NCBI GenBank assembly: GCA_905178155.1
Contig: CAJINV010000003.1
Location: 7,522,601-7,586,600, forward strand
Direction of reading: 5' to 3'
From: Amoebophrya sp. A120
Lineage: Eukaryota; Protista; Dinoflagellata
DNA: 64,000 nt
The translations under genes and the position numbers were made by a program. A model generated the notes under the pieces. The model had not been told where the DNA came from. It did not search any database and was given only the letters and a program-made list of their open reading frames with translations. This document shows, piece after piece, positions 1-13,666 of this stretch (its first letter is position 1; every line of letters starts with the position of its first letter).

Positions 1-909
1 GTATTGACATTGCTGTCTCCAACTTTCTAAACGAAACCTGGTGGTTGCATGGGTGGGTACAACGGAAACGGGTAGGCGCTCTTATTACGTGATAATAAAC
101 TAGAAGTCAATTGCTTCTAAGTTAGGGATAGCGGTGGCCAGGGATACCGATATTCATATTGTTCGACAAAACATACTATCAGGGGTCGTCCGTTTCGAAG
201 TGGCTGTCGAAAATGGCACGCGACATTGACCATCACGAGTTGCGATTCGTAGCTAAACTTTTCGATCGAAGACCGCTCAGTGTTCTCGAATTCGACGCTC
301 ACTACAATGCGAACGTTGCTCGCAAACAACTATACGCATGAATATCGCTCCCCTCGTCTCTCTCAATTCCTTCGCGCAAGAAATGCATCGAATTACTCAA
401 TTATATATAAGAGAATAGTTCCTTTCGAGTATTTTGGTTTTGAAAATGAACCCACTACCGAGGCAGCTAGTCCTTCTAGTCAACAGTGCGGGCTCTACAC
501 TCGCGACCAAGCCAGCGAGTAGCGTACGTCAGCTTAAGCATGAACGTGTTCATGATCATGACGCACACTTACACTAGTTGTACCTATTCCTGCATTGTTG
601 CACACACTGCTGCAGGCAATCTAGAAGAAGATGACAAAGATCCCATTTCCAGTCAGGATGTTTCTCAAGCATCGCGATGTACTCTGACTTAGCAGTTGCA
701 ATCGCAACTGCATCGCATTTATTCATTGTTTTCATCAACTACAGCTATATTCATTGCTTTGAACGCCATGATTAGTGACCACAACATAGCTGGGACCAGA
801 GGTAGTCACAGGACCGCAGGGATCACGATGCGGCGGGAAAGACTTGGAAAAGAAAACTATCTCCACTGACTGGAAAACATAAAGCGACTTCGCACCCTGA
901 TAAGGCTCT

Positions 910-3367
910 CTATCCACTTTCCCCGGTACCCGCGCACTTGGTGCTATTGAAGCGCGAGCATTCGACGTCGCACTCATTTTCGCTCCCTGCGGCGCTTGCT
1001 GTCCAGCGCCCCGCCGCTGTTGATGTTGGGAAATCGCTCTCAGCTGCATCTTCACTTTGTCCGCAGGACGGCATTTGATGTCCTGTAAAATCTCTTTCGA
1101 TTACTGAGTCGCATGGTTGTACGCAGCGACCGGGTGATGCTCGGGTACTTCTGAGGGAGAAGGACATCAGTAGCGGTTCCTCCGCTTCGCCTGGGCTGAT
1201 GAAGTGGCCGATTTCTGTCGTGAGAGTTCCCTCTTGTTCCTGGGCTCTGGTAGGTTCGTACGCTATCACTCGCACGCGATCGTCCTCGTCGTCAGCATCA
1301 GCCCCGTCGCTCCGCTCTGCCGCGTTGTTCGTGGTTGCTGTGGTCCCGACTTCGGACGGTGTTGTTGCCATAATACTCCGTTCTTTTGCGCCACCCTCTG
1401 CATCGAGAGAAGATGCACCTACAAAAACCTCCCGTGTCGTCCCGGGAGCCCTCACCACGGGAGAAACAAACACGCGGCCGTCTGTTGTTGAGAAATGCCC
1501 GCGCGGCTTTTGCACGCGCGTCGAAGACGCCGCGTAGCCGAATATCAGGTAGCAAGTGAGGAATCCTACCAAAATGCCGACTAGGTTTGGAATCAGGATC
1601 CACCAGTCCTGCAACAACAGACCCGTGGCTAGCCAGAGCCACGAGGAAACAAAGTTGACGACACTGAGCTCGACGGGCATGGAGTCCACGGATCGGGTCT
1701 CTAGCACCGTGGGCAGAGTGGCCAGCGGGCTGAGTGTCACGATTACACTCAGCGTTGCCGACACGCAACCGGAGAGCAGCAGATACTGTTCCACGGGGCG
1801 AATCGCAAAATTGAGAAACTGAAACAGGAAAACGCAAGCGGCGATCAGCACGTAGGTCTGCATGCGACGGAACGTCTTGGAAGTGCGATCGACGAATCGA
1901 AAAAACGTCAGGGAGTAATAGCATCCCATGCAGGCGCCCACCACGTTCGCGTACACCACAATCAGAAATCCGTGGTTCCCCGTGTACCAATACGCAGACA
2001 CTCCATACAAACACCACTGCAGTCCCGTACCTTTCATCAGATTCAGATCAGCTGTACATTCAACCTACAAAGCCACGTGATCGGTTATCAGTACATAGAG
2101 GCGTGGCTACGTGCTCTCTTCAGAGTCAGAGATTACAGCTACTGCAATCATTGTCGTCCAACAACTTGCATCTAACAGTAAATGTGAAACTAAAATCAAA
2201 CTTGAGAAAAATAAAGAATCACACTGACTCTGCACGTCGAAAGACACAACCAAGCTAGAGCATCATGTGCAATACACTTATAACCAAGAAATACACGCAA
2301 TGGCAACGTAAGAAAGCGACTCCTTGCTGCCTGTCAGCTTTTGCGTTTTGATTTGAGACACTTCCGGTAGTGGTGCGAACTGCGTGCACAGGGACGACGC
2401 GATAGACAGACCCTTGATCATACATCCGAAGGTTAGAAACCGCAGCCACCAGAAATACGACCCTGAATGCAGTTTTGGGTTTGCTGTGCTGCTCCGTAAG
2501 AGGAACGAATTGGTTGTGCAGTTCATCCAGTCGATGAGTCACGAATTTCTTACTTCGCGGGCTATGTCTTCCAAAATAAAAGTTGTATCTCGTGCACGGC
2601 GCCACATGCGATGTGCACATTCCTCAGTAAAAATCAAAATAATAAAGCTTCGAACGTTGATACCAAGGCCCCACTTTGGCTCGAGAAGGTGATGCGGTGA
2701 GGATACGGCTGACCAGGATTCGGTGGCTCCCTGCAGCTTCTGTTGCGACATGGACATCACAAGCTTGTTACCAGAACTACGGGTGATTCTGAGGTTCGTT
2801 GCTCCTTTTCCATTCTCAGTGTTCTTGGACCTGGACAGCCCTGTCTCCTTGCTGGCATTGTGCGCCACTGGGTCCGTTTCCGTGTTGGTGTTTCTTTCAC
2901 CACTGAGAAAGTTGCTCGGAAGCACCCCCATGGTCGGCTGGCGGCGCGTGACGCGGCGCGCGTCTTCCAGGAGAACGACTGCGTCGCCCGGAGCGTCGTC
3001 CCCCTTGCGATCGTAGTCGCGCTCGGGTAACGTAGGAAGAGAAATCGAAGAGGCCGCGCCATTGCTACTAGGCTCCTCAAACGGCAGAAAGCTGGCAAGA
3101 GCGTTTTCGTGGCCACTTTGGTGACCGACCGATTGAAGCCGTGGTGTACTAGCGTCCTCCTGCTGCAACACAAAAAAGTCGTTGAAGAATGGAAGTCCGT
3201 TTGCAGTGACGAGGCCGCGGCCGACTGCAACACTGACTGCCACCGTTCGACCTCTCATGAGCTCCTTCTTGAAGGAACTTAAGTCCGTCGACACCGAGCT
3301 GGAAGATGGAGCGATCTCCTTGGTAAGGAAACGAGCCGAACTCAGCCAAACGTGGTGTAATATTGCC
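910..3367 (-). CDS. SWEET/MtN3-family sugar transporter, multi-exon; 5' end uncertain and may extend upstream
   Basis: Two MtN3-like repeats: 'TQFAPLPEVSQIKTQKLTGSKESLSYVAIAC|TGLQWCLYG' and 'LSPLATLPTVLETRSVDSMP...WLWLATGLLLQDWWILIPNLVG'. GT-AG joins link ORFs 2539-3294, 2278-2526 and 910-2037 in frame. Confidence 0.85.
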
Positions 3368-4245
3368 TAACGCTGCGTTCGTCCAGCTCTCCTCCTCACT
3401 CCCTACCAGTACGTAGTTGCTGTTCGCGCACAAGAAAAAAACCTGTGGGCGAACTTAGAATACTGTCCCTGCTACGGTGCTCTATGTAGTCAGCCCACAT
3501 TGATGCTAGCACTGGCGCGCTGGCACGCCCCCATCGTCATCCGCCATTTTTTCGGGGCCGGTTCTCCTCCACCGGCTCAAAACCTTCCGGCATCCGCCAC
3601 GCCGAAGAAAGCCAACGCGGTGCACTTACTAGGCGTAGGCACAAGCTGCATGGAAAAACTGTGGCCGGAGCTTGCGTTCCGGCAGCGGGATCGGCTACAA
3701 AGCAAAACCACGCATCTGCAGCTCTGTGAGCGCGCATTTCTTCGTTCATCTCACTTAAGTTGTCCACAACACTCTCTCTCCCGACGAGAGGTTACGTGCT
3801 CTCGTTGCGATACAACACCTCATGTTGCGGTGCACACTCTCAGACGTAGATGAAATTCCACATTGCACGTACCATTGAGCTTTATTGAAGTGCAGTTCAC
3901 GAAAGGAAAAACCGCTGCCGCGCCCGCGGAGCAATCATCGCACCAGAGAAGAAACCACTCCGTCCCCCCGTTGATTGCAGACAGAGAATGACGAATCTCT
4001 TTGTTCTATTGATTCCTTCGTGTTGATCGTCGTGTTTTGTATGTAAGAAGCACAACGCTTCGGCTGCGTCTCTCGTCGGAGCAGCCATGAATCAGATAAG
4101 AAACGCGGTTGCGCAAAAAGAAAGAATGAAGTGTCTGGAGACATCAAAAGTGGAGGGATGTCTAGACGTCTGCTGGTGAGGTTTTCATGATTTTTGCCAA
4201 AATTGCGACATGCAATATTTCAAAAATAACTTCGGTCTGGTTTAT

Positions 4246-5358
4246 TCATTTGATTTTACCACAGAGTGCGAAGTCTAAGTCTGGCCTGGCATCCCCATCG
4301 GGGTCTTCATCTTGGTGAATCGTAGCAGCACCACCAGTGACCCGTAGCAACTCCTGGCCTCCCGTCACGCCATTTTGCTTGTGTGTGAGCATTAGCTGCT
4401 TGAACGTCGAAAAGTCGTTCACGCTCAGGAGCAACTCGAGAACCTGTATCCGCGTGATCGAGAACATTGATTTGCATAGGAGCAATTGCCTCGGGCTCCC
4501 GGCGGGGGCCATCTCACGTACACAGCTGCATCACGCAAGAAGCACAACAACTTCAGGAATGAGAAAGGAACGAACGCGTGTTTTTCTTATTTCAGCTGTT
4601 CCTACCTCTTCCACGATCTCGTCTTCGATCTTGGCCTCTCGTTCCCCAAGCAGCTGCAAAAAATCCTGCATGCGGAAGCCGTCGATGGCTTCGCGTAACT
4701 TCAGTTCAAGGTAACTTTCGATTGTCTTTGTCCATTTGGAAAAAATCTCGGTGTATTCCAGCTTATTCTCTTCGTTGTCCGCGAAAGACTGACAGTGCGT
4801 CTTGCCTGTATATTTTATCAATCTTGCACTTCTCTTTTTTCAAAACACGAGGGAATATTGCGGAATCTTGAAATTATAAGTATGGTTGCATCCGAACTAA
4901 GTAAAGTCGAGCGGGTTTTATTTCCTTTGCGCCTCGTCCAAGAGCGAAGCGCAATGATTGATGATCACCTGATAATTTCGGAGACGGTATAATGCTCTTG
5001 AATGATTTTTGCGGGAAAACAAATGATCGAATGATGAAATACAGAAATCTGTCATGGTTTTCTGGAACTGATCCGAAACCACAATGTCCTCCAGTGCCCC
5101 AACGATGGCATCGAATTGATCGTCAGCCAGGGTGTGCGCCTCGGTGTCGCCGATGCAAAAGTCTTCGTCTTCGCCGCCGTCGTCGCGGCACAGGTCCCCC
5201 ACGACAGGAAGATCATGGCCGTCCTCGTCATCGTCTCGCTCGCCCGAGTCCACAATGTCCTCGAAATCGTCCTCCTCAGCAAAATCAACATCCGCCGCTA
5301 CCTGTTTCGCAGCGGACGGCCCGACTGCTTTGCTGTTGCCGACGAAAAGATCCGGCAT
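4246..5358 (-). CDS. ARL2BP: ARL2-binding protein (BART domain), 3 exons
   Basis: 'FDAIVGALEDIVVSDQFQ..FC|KTHCQSFADNEENKLEYTEIFSKW...|VLELLLSVNDFSTFKQLML' is BART-like; canonical GT-AG introns; ATG at 5358. Confidence 0.8.
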
Positions 5359-5850
5359 CTTCGCACGGAGGATGTGATTAGTAGTCGTCTGCACAATAAA
5401 GTGAAAATGAATGTTGCCAGGAACGCTAGGCGCAAAACTTTCAAAACGTGGGCCCTTCTGGACCTGCAGTTTGGGCACAGTTTCGCGCGGCTTTCACTCA
5501 AGGTGGTTCCTCTCAAATTAGCGCCTGGCAACGTGCGTGTTTTATTGTTGCTGCTTTCCATTCGGTCTGCGCAGCGTCAATATGTTGTCAAGATGTCCCG
5601 GTGAATAAACCGTCGGTGGTGACCGGTACCGAGTTCTTTTGTTTCCCTAGCTTGTGATCGATTGCAGATGTACCATGCGACTTATTATAGTAGTAGAACA
5701 TGGACAGACCGTTGTCACAGGGGCACGTTTTACAGTGCCGTCACATGAAGGACATCTTGTATACTGATTCTAGTACTCTCTATGACGCAGTGTGATGAAA
5801 ATCGAGCGATCAACGCGCCTGCACAAACCAATCTTCAGACGGTCTCAGAT

Positions 5851-7267
5851 TTATTTGCGGAAATGCGTTATCGCATACAGTAAAACGCCCGCGGCTGCCA
5901 CACACGTGTTCGTCGGCTTTACTTCGTTCAACATAGGCAGAAACTCTTGCTCTCCCATCACGATAGCCAAAAAAGGAATGTGACTTGTGAGCGGCCAGTC
6001 CGCACCGTGATGCGACAACATGTCTCCGCCCAGCTGCCTGCGAAAGCGAGAGTCCATGTGCCATCCAAGAAAGCAAACACAAGGCAGCAGGCCCGCGAAT
6101 AAACAGACCTCTGTTGCGAATGGGGTGCGCAACGCGCAACCGAGCGAAAGAAGCGCCAGCGACCAGAGCGATGCATGTCGGGTAATGCGCCTCACACCGT
6201 ATACCGTTGTCACCTGCTGGCTCTGGCGCTCGCGTTCCCTGTCAGCGGCAAAATCCATCGGGCACAGACCTCGTAAGCAAAATGTGGAATTCGAATTGAA
6301 ATTTTCGAACCGGTCAGTTTCCTCTTGCTAAAGCGGTTTCGGCGCTCCGCGCTTGTTGCTCAAACCAATAGTCACAGATCCTACTTGATACACGCTTCCT
6401 TGTGTCCGAACTACCTGCTCCTGGCAAACCGAATCTATCAAGAAACTCTACTGTACTTGCGCGCCTTGCCGCCGCTTTGCTTTCCGGCTGCAGTGCGTCA
6501 TCACCAGAATCGCGGGCGACGGGGGGGACAAGCAAATCGCCGAGAAATGAAATTGGGTTGCGCAGGGACGGCAATACCTGGGCCAGCCCGACTGCGCCCA
6601 ACAGGGAAGTGACAACGCTCGCGGTTCGCATAGTGCGGGTGACCTGCCAGAGCCGAGGGCCTTGCCGCCGGCCGTGTCTGAGGTAGCCGAGCGCGATGCA
6701 ACCCAGGGACAGTGTGCTACCTGTATTATACAGAAAATGGTACCCCGCGTCCCCCGCCTTTGCGATAATCCACTGTCGGTTCTCGGAGAGAACGAGATTT
6801 TCCACTGTGAAGAACAGCCAGCCACCGAGAATCAATCGGACTCCGCGGTGTTGCCAGAATGACGACCAGGTCCAGGTGCCATCTTCATCCTCACTATATG
6901 CGCCTGCTGAGCTTGAGGAGGATCCTCCTTGCGGGGGCGCGCTAGCGGAGGGAAGTTCGTGGTGCGAGGTCGGCTGCGCGGCCGTGCCCGCGACGGGGTG
7001 CAGACCCGAAGTCGCAACGGCTCGCAACGAAGACGAATCCACACTCGAGGACAGAAACCGCTTCGAAGATGATACTGAGGCGAGGTTCTCGACGAAGGTG
7101 ATTCCGCCGTTGCACTCGGCTGCTCCCATCTGGTGCAGTCCGGAGACACAGAACTTACCTCGGGGGTGTGCCAAGCCCTGGCAGGCCATTCGAGCAACGG
7201 ACGCCTGGCCGCCAGCCATCTTGGCCTTTTTTGCAACCAGTGCGACCCGCATCATACCGTCCTGCAT
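5851..7267 (-). CDS. NnrU/Z-ISO-family membrane protein with long N-terminal extension, 2 exons
   Basis: 'AGDAGYHFLYNTGSTLSL', 'GVRRITRHASLWSLALL' and 'TSHIPFLAIV' resemble NnrU-family motifs; one GT-AG intron at about 6269-6393; start uncertain. Confidence 0.65.
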
Positions 7268-7786
7268 GCACTGCGAAGAAATCGGAACTTGTAGAAGCAG
7301 AAGGGAACTACAACTACAACTTACTATTGTCGCTTGTATAGACAAAAAAGTAAACGGCGCACCACACACGAAACTGCCTGGTGCAATTCCTCAAATGTTG
7401 CAGGAGCGCCGGTAGCTGTAATCGAAAAGATCTACGGCAATGAACCTCTTCGATTACCCTGAAACCTGTGATCGGCAATAGGTGGCCTCCAAAGAAACAG
7501 GCCGAGAAAAGAATGCGTCAGGCAGCGCTGCAAAACGACTCAAAGGTGAGTGCATGCCTGCAGGCCTGGCTTTCAGGATACTCATTCTCACTTTACCAAT
7601 GCGAACAGCGCTCGCCTTCTGCAGCTCCAGCTGCAAATGTATGAGATTACACACGAAGCGTGAAAGAATGATCGGGTGTTCACGTTGCCACCAGAACCTC
7701 TGCGAAAATACGAAAACATCTGCCTCGTGTTGAGGCAGAATCGACATACCTTCGAGTGAGAGATCACCGCTCTCACCCGAATACCA

Positions 7787-9336
7787 TTACACATGGAGAA
7801 TCCTAAGCTGCCCGTCCCGCGTAGTGCATGCCACAAGTCGTGGCTCCGATTGTGCAAAGACGGCACTGGTGCACGGGGAATCCAAAAGCAGGTCGAGCGT
7901 ATCGGATATGCGCAAAAAACCTCTTTGCGACCGCCGGCAGAACCCACCCAACGCAAGGCTGGACTTCGACGATATCTGACAACTGGTAACACGCATTCCG
8001 GCTGGCGCTTCTTGTTGTGAGAAACCAGCGTCGCCAGACGGCTCTGTAAATTGCATTTGACATAGGTTTAGGGACAGCGGGACGACAACCGCATATTATT
8101 ATCTTCGGTTTTGCTTAGTCATTGTTCTAGCGAAAAGTAGAAGCCGATGCTGCAATGACATTCAGTGCAGCATACGAGAGAAAATGACTACCTGGTTTTC
8201 CAAGTTGAAGTCCCGGCCCCATGCGTCGGAGATCAAAGCATTGCAGTCCCGACCCTTCACTGTAGCTTCCCGCGACTATTACAGACCCGCTTACGTCCAG
8301 CGCAGCAGGACCCAAGAGTGAAGGCCCGTAAACACCTGCATATTTATGAGGCTTGATGTTGATGCAATGTGAAGATGAGAAATCGACAATATCCCGACAT
8401 TCACATTACGAACGGAAGCTACAAAAGAGTGGTAGTACGTAGAATTAGAACTGCTCTTCGTACTATGTATGCTGCGCGAGCCTTTTCGAAGATCCCAAAA
8501 CTGCAAAGTGCAATCCCAGCCCCCGGTTGCAAGAAGGTTTCCGTCAAGGAACTTGCATGCGCAGACACGACTGCTGTGTCCGCCACCGTTTTTGTCGCTC
8601 CGCTGGAGCGTTTGCCGCTTCTTTTTTGTCATTTCGTCGAACACAAATACCTCCGGTTCCTTTCCGCCCGTTGCAAAAGAGGCACCTCAAGCGATTTCGG
8701 GAGCGAAGCGATACCGATCGAAAACAAAAAGTGGAGGAGCGTCGGAAATAGCGCACTGATGAAAACTCCGAGCTGCAAAGCCTTCCAAAGTTCGAAAATA
8801 CGCCACTAACTTAAGTAATTGCATTTATTCACTGTCAGCACCTTCGTCTCTATCTTACCGTCAGGTGCATAGTCGATGCACAACAGAGCGGGAAGACTCG
8901 TGCCGGCATCGTCGTCGCTGGTCTTTCCTGCCTCGGCATAGGCGTTGACCTCGCCGAGTGAACGGCCGGTTGCAGCATGAAATTGCTGTAGGTGCCCGTC
9001 CGTCCGACACATAGTGAGCACGCTCTTCTGCGATATCTGTCCGCTCTCTGGGCGCCAGCTGAATGCCACACTCACCACTTTTTCCGACGTGCTCAGCTGA
9101 TCGCCCGTCGAACTGCACTGCAGTGGCGTCTTAAACGGTACGTAATCGACCCTATAATCTTCACCCGAGAGGCTGGAGGACGAAGAACTCGACTTCTGCC
9201 GCTGCAGCACGTGAATGCAACCACTACCATCCGAGGCCGCAATGAAGTCCGCCGACGGAGAAAATTGCGCAAGATACAGGCCGTCCTTCGTTCCGGAGCA
9301 CAATTCGTGCACAGAACAGGCTGGAGATCTGCTCAT
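7787..9336 (-). CDS. WD40-repeat protein, multi-exon
   Basis: WD motifs 'GHSSRVCACKFLDGNLLATGGWDCTLQFWDLR', 'QFSPSADFIAASDGSGCIHV' and 'ACTTRDGQLRIL'. Confidence 0.8.
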
Positions 9337-9727
9337 GATGTACGTGTGTATCTGTTTCTGCTCTTCCTCAAATGCTACTGCTGGTGCTAGAGCCCGCTAC
9401 AAGAAAAATAGAATAATCGTAACAAGCGAAGTCCTAAACTGCAATCGTGGTCCAACGCCTATACAAATATACCGCCCGTGCTCAGCGGTCCTCCTTGCTT
9501 CTCCCTCTGGCTTTCTAGTTCTCTCCCTACTTGTTTACTGTACTTCTTATTTGCAACAATATTTTCTCCGTATCTGCAAAATGCACTCAACGCCATTTCG
9601 GGCGCAGCTGTAGAAGTAGAACCCAACAAGTACTCACAGCGCAAGCCGAAGGCGGCGGTCAAGTTGATGTGTGCGTGATTAACGGAGACACCTTCAAAAA
9701 AGGTTATTTCCCCGGACTTTTACCAAT

Positions 9728-12700
9728 CTACTCAAGCGCCCCCTGTGCCATAGCGCTAGAATGAGAAATGTGGTCGTTCCTAGTACTTTTTGCAGCAGCC
9801 TGAGCTCTGGACGGAGATGTTCTTTTCTGCTCAGTGGACGTTTCTCGACGAGCCGCGCCATCGGTTGTTGCGGCAACCGCTACGACTTCATCGTCGTCAA
9901 CATCTTCAACCACTTCAGGGCTTGCGTCCCTTATTGTTATTTCCTGGTCGTTTGATAGCATGGGCTTTCCGATGGCAGCTGACATTTCGACGGTTCCACC
10001 ATCCTCTTCGTCTTCGTTCACACGCAAGTGTGTGTAGGAAAGGTACCGGCTTTCTCCGTGTGGCCTCCAGAGAATGCAGATTGCCGACAGAAGAAGGAAA
10101 TGCATCAAGTGCGGCACGAAATCGGTGAACCACCAGCGCGACTTCCAATTGTGCGCCAGATCAACCGGCCGCACCATAGCAATTTCGTACCCTAGAATGA
10201 GAAACGTCGCAGCGCAGAGGGGAAAAAGCACACACCGCAGAAACTTTTGGTAGACCTTGTTTTTTTTTGTCGTGAAAATTCAATTCTTGCTCTTGGCCGC
10301 ACACATTCATGTGTTGAAATCATAACCCAGCGCAGAACTACTTCAGAGACAGTACATCAAGCAGACGCGTCTACGAATGTATAAACTGTGAAAAACCGAA
10401 AGCAAAGCGATATCTTCATCGCTCTTCAATCATTTGACGAAATTACGTACTGACCTCTTCTTTGGCTCTTTGTTTTTGTTTCCGCAACGTGTCGATGGTC
10501 GCGAACAAAGCAGCCAGGATCCAGAGAAAAAAGAAGCCAACAATCAAACTCGGTGGAAACATGACCAGAAGAACGCTGCTTTCTTCCCAACCCGTTCGTG
10601 TGCCTTTTGAAAAAGTTCAATTTGCGGTTTCTGTTTTTACCTGCTAGACATGCGAGAAGCTCCACACTGAAATTAGGATGGACGGTTTAGTTGGGGTGCC
10701 CTAGTATGATGATAGATTCCATTCTGATGTTTCGGACTCAGACTAGTAATGAAAAAAACCAAACTGAATGCTCGTCGATTACATTGAAAAACAGAGTGAA
10801 CTCCAGCAAAACGTCTGTTTTTACGGTACCGGTATTTTCCATGTTAGCGGTGGTCTTCCGAAAGGTATCAGTCAATACATAAACGGCGAAAAGCAACACC
10901 ATGGCAGCACGCTTCTCTGCGCGCACCGACGGCTTTGCGACCCCAACGCCCATGCTCGCCAAAAGCAGCAACACAAACGACGTTCCTTGTTTGAAGGCGG
11001 TCGCCGCGGACGCGAAGAAAACCATCCCGTGCCAACGATACCCAACAAAGTTCCAGTGTGCGTAGCAAAGATACCACGCTATGGCCTCCAGCAGCGCAAC
11101 ACCTATCGCCACCGTGACGTAGTGGTGAATGGTGAGCAGGTTACTACTTGATGGCGAAGCCACAGGATCGGTGGGTGAGAACGCCCCGGTGGCCGAGGCC
11201 ACCGCACTCACGGTATTTGCCAACATGTCGTTCCCGCTGTTGGCCGCGGCGGTGGAGAGCACCTGGACTTGCTCCTTGTACTGTGCGTAGTAGTAGATGC
11301 GGACAACCCATACCAACAGAAGGATCAGGTAAGTCATGCACAACAACCCGTAGAAGGGCACCTTGGGCATGTGCATCGCCGGAAGGTACCACCCGCGACG
11401 GCGTCGAAATGACGGCGACAGCCACATCCCAGCCTCTGCCAGTAGCCGGTTGTCATTTTCGACAACATCAACATGTTGTTGATCGTGCTTGATATAATCA
11501 TGGCCAGAAATGTCACTAGTTGCACCGGCTCGCTGCTGCACCATATCCAGAAGTTTTCTATCTGCTCCGACATGCCCCTCTGTAGTCTCCTCCAACGTAA
11601 GCTGCTTCCTTTTTGGCGGCGCTTCGTTCCCTTCTTGGAGAGCCGGGGAGGATGTGGAATAGGTGATAATGTTCAATTCTCCGGACTGAAACCGATAGTG
11701 CGTGGCACTACGACGACCGCAGTTGGACAACGCAATGAAATAGAATCCCGGGCGCAGAGACGAGCTAGTGCTTGTTACTACACGACCAGCAGAAGCAGAT
11801 GAACCCAGAATGCGTTCGTAATTTACGGGTGCAGTGGTGCTCGGTGCCAAAATATCCCAACTGAAAAGGTCTAGCGGAGAGTCGCTGGTCTGCAGCCCCT
11901 CTCCCACGGCGGAGGAAGGAGGCAGAAATTTCCCGACAAAAGTCTCGCCCGCGGCCTCGCAGTCCTCCTTTGTCTTGCAACAGAAGCGGTCTGGATATGG
12001 AAGCGTCAGGTTTGAAATCGTCAAAGTTGAAATAATTTGTAATGCATAAAATGCATGACCCGAGGCACGTGTGTTGCAGAGCAGGCAAGTGAGGCCGATT
12101 GTAAGCCTGTTTGGGGTTACAGCTTGAGCTGCTAAAGTAGCATGAGAAAATCACTCTTCTTTGCCTGAACAGCATGACAAAGTGGATTTAGGGACCGCCG
12201 AAATTTGTCATGCGCCACTTGGAAACTGGGTTCCAACTGGCATCCATTCTATGCATGACAAATTATTTCAACTTTGACGATTTCAAACCTGACACATCCA
12301 TACTGGATTCAGATGGGCTAACCGCGATGCGTGTACCAGGTGAATCTGGAGCCCCTTAGGAAACTTTGCTTTCTTCGATATGCATTGCAAATATGTCTGG
12401 GTCTGGAAGGTTGGAACTTGTGATGCTAACTTTGGACTCTAAAAAAATCTGTATTGCATGACCAGCAAGAGGAGCCCAGTTTGTGCTACGCGGGGAGGGC
12501 ATTTGTCATGCGGAATAGGCATCAGGAAGGCCTCTAAAAATCTGTGATGCTAGGGCTTCCATGACAGACATTCTGTGTCATGCAAAAACAGCATGACAAG
12601 TCTCGGACTCTTCCAGACCCAGACATTTTTACAATTGATATTCGAGCTGTCAGCAACAAACCTTTCTTCCCCATCCTGCCTTACGACCTGGACGTCTTGC

Positions 12701-12894
12701 AATGCGGCGGATCCGGATGCGGTGAGCGTCGTGTATGACACAACTTGAAACACGTTCGGATCGGGCAAGTTTGCAATCCGCTGCTGCAACCGAAAGCGCT
12801 CGGCCTGGACGTCGTTCACCCATACGCACCGCAGCGAAAGACAACCAATCACCCAGCACAAGCGAGCCAGCAGTCCGGAAAAACCTCGAAGCAT
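9728..12894 (-). CDS. TMEM87/GPR107-like (lung seven-TM receptor family) protein, interrupted by two TIR introners
   Basis: Signal peptide, luminal 'RFCC' and 'LSNC', a 7TM region and C-terminal 'WWFTDFVPHLMHFLLLSAICILWRP..SRYLSY'. Removing 12379-12640 and 11996-12302 (each with one TSD) gives an open frame 'FVADSSKKAKFPKGLQIHLVHASRLAHLNPDRFCC'. Confidence 0.8.
11996..12302. mobile_element. Introner/MITE, 307 bp, long TIR (TATGGA..GTCAGGTTTGAAATCG...), 5-bp TSD CTGGA
   Basis: TIR of about 50 bp (12005-12048 vs 12250-12293, one mismatch); CTGGA at 11991-11995 and 12303-12307. Confidence 0.9.
12379..12640. mobile_element. Introner/MITE family A, 262 bp, 5-bp TSD TTCGA
   Basis: TIR TAT.....G.AAA.ATGTCTGGGTCTGGAAG; TTCGA at 12374-12378 and 12641-12645; homologous to 42564-43141. 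Confidence 0.9.
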
Positions 12895-13666
12895 GCTTGT
12901 GGTGCGCGATACAGTTTCAGGGCCAAGAAACCAAACTCCTACCGGCAGAGCTTACTGATTATATCTCTTCGACGTCTTTTGAATGCTCCATGGCTATGCT
13001 CTTTTTTACTGCCGCCAAACGCTCCACTCAAAAAAACCGGATGAAAAAGCGCCACAGAGACAAAGCACGAGCCCAGAAAAGACTTGCAATTCGCCTGATC
13101 TTTGCGTGCCAGATAGCGGCAGCAGGTCAGAATGCAGTCTTGCTTGTCGTCATTCACTGCCTTATTATTGGTACATTGAAAATCTATCAAAGAGGTTCAT
13201 TTCTTACGTTGTTCTTTCATTGCCGCGAAGCCCTGACACTCCCACCTTGCGTTGTGTTCATTTGTTGTTCACAAAGTCTGCAACAGCAACAGGTGCTGCG
13301 GACTAAAAAAACAATAAAAATTGGCTGTTCAATACAAACGAGTACAGTTATTCTGCAGCGTGAGCTCTGCTGTGAAGTTTTGATACAATGGGCACAAAAT
13401 TTTTTTTGTTTCTCAACCTTGCATGTTCCTGTCGAAAGTGAAACTAGAAACGAAGCAAATTGCTCATTGAAAGTGAAACCGCATTTGACAATGACGTAAG
13501 TCTATCAATCTCAAGATGAAACCGAAACTAGAAACATATTAGTAGCTGCTGTCCTCGCAGTTGAAGCTTAAGTAAGAAAACCATACTGCTGCTCCATCAC
13601 TACTTCTACGTTATACATTTACATCGCAACCATACATATAATTTTTCGCGCCGGTGCACCGGCGAC

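Noticed and set aside
100-480. Possible MITE bounded by ACTAGAAG/CTTCTAGT
   Set aside because: Only 8 bp of clean IR and no TSD.
2671-2685. CCACTTTGGCTCGAG as a relic dinoflagellate spliced leader
   Set aside because: Two mismatches, antisense to the gene, and inside coding sequence.
4806-5042. ARL2BP intron 1 as an introner (10-bp terminal IR)
   Set aside because: The IR is short, the putative TSD matches only 3/5, and canonical GT-AG already keeps the frame.
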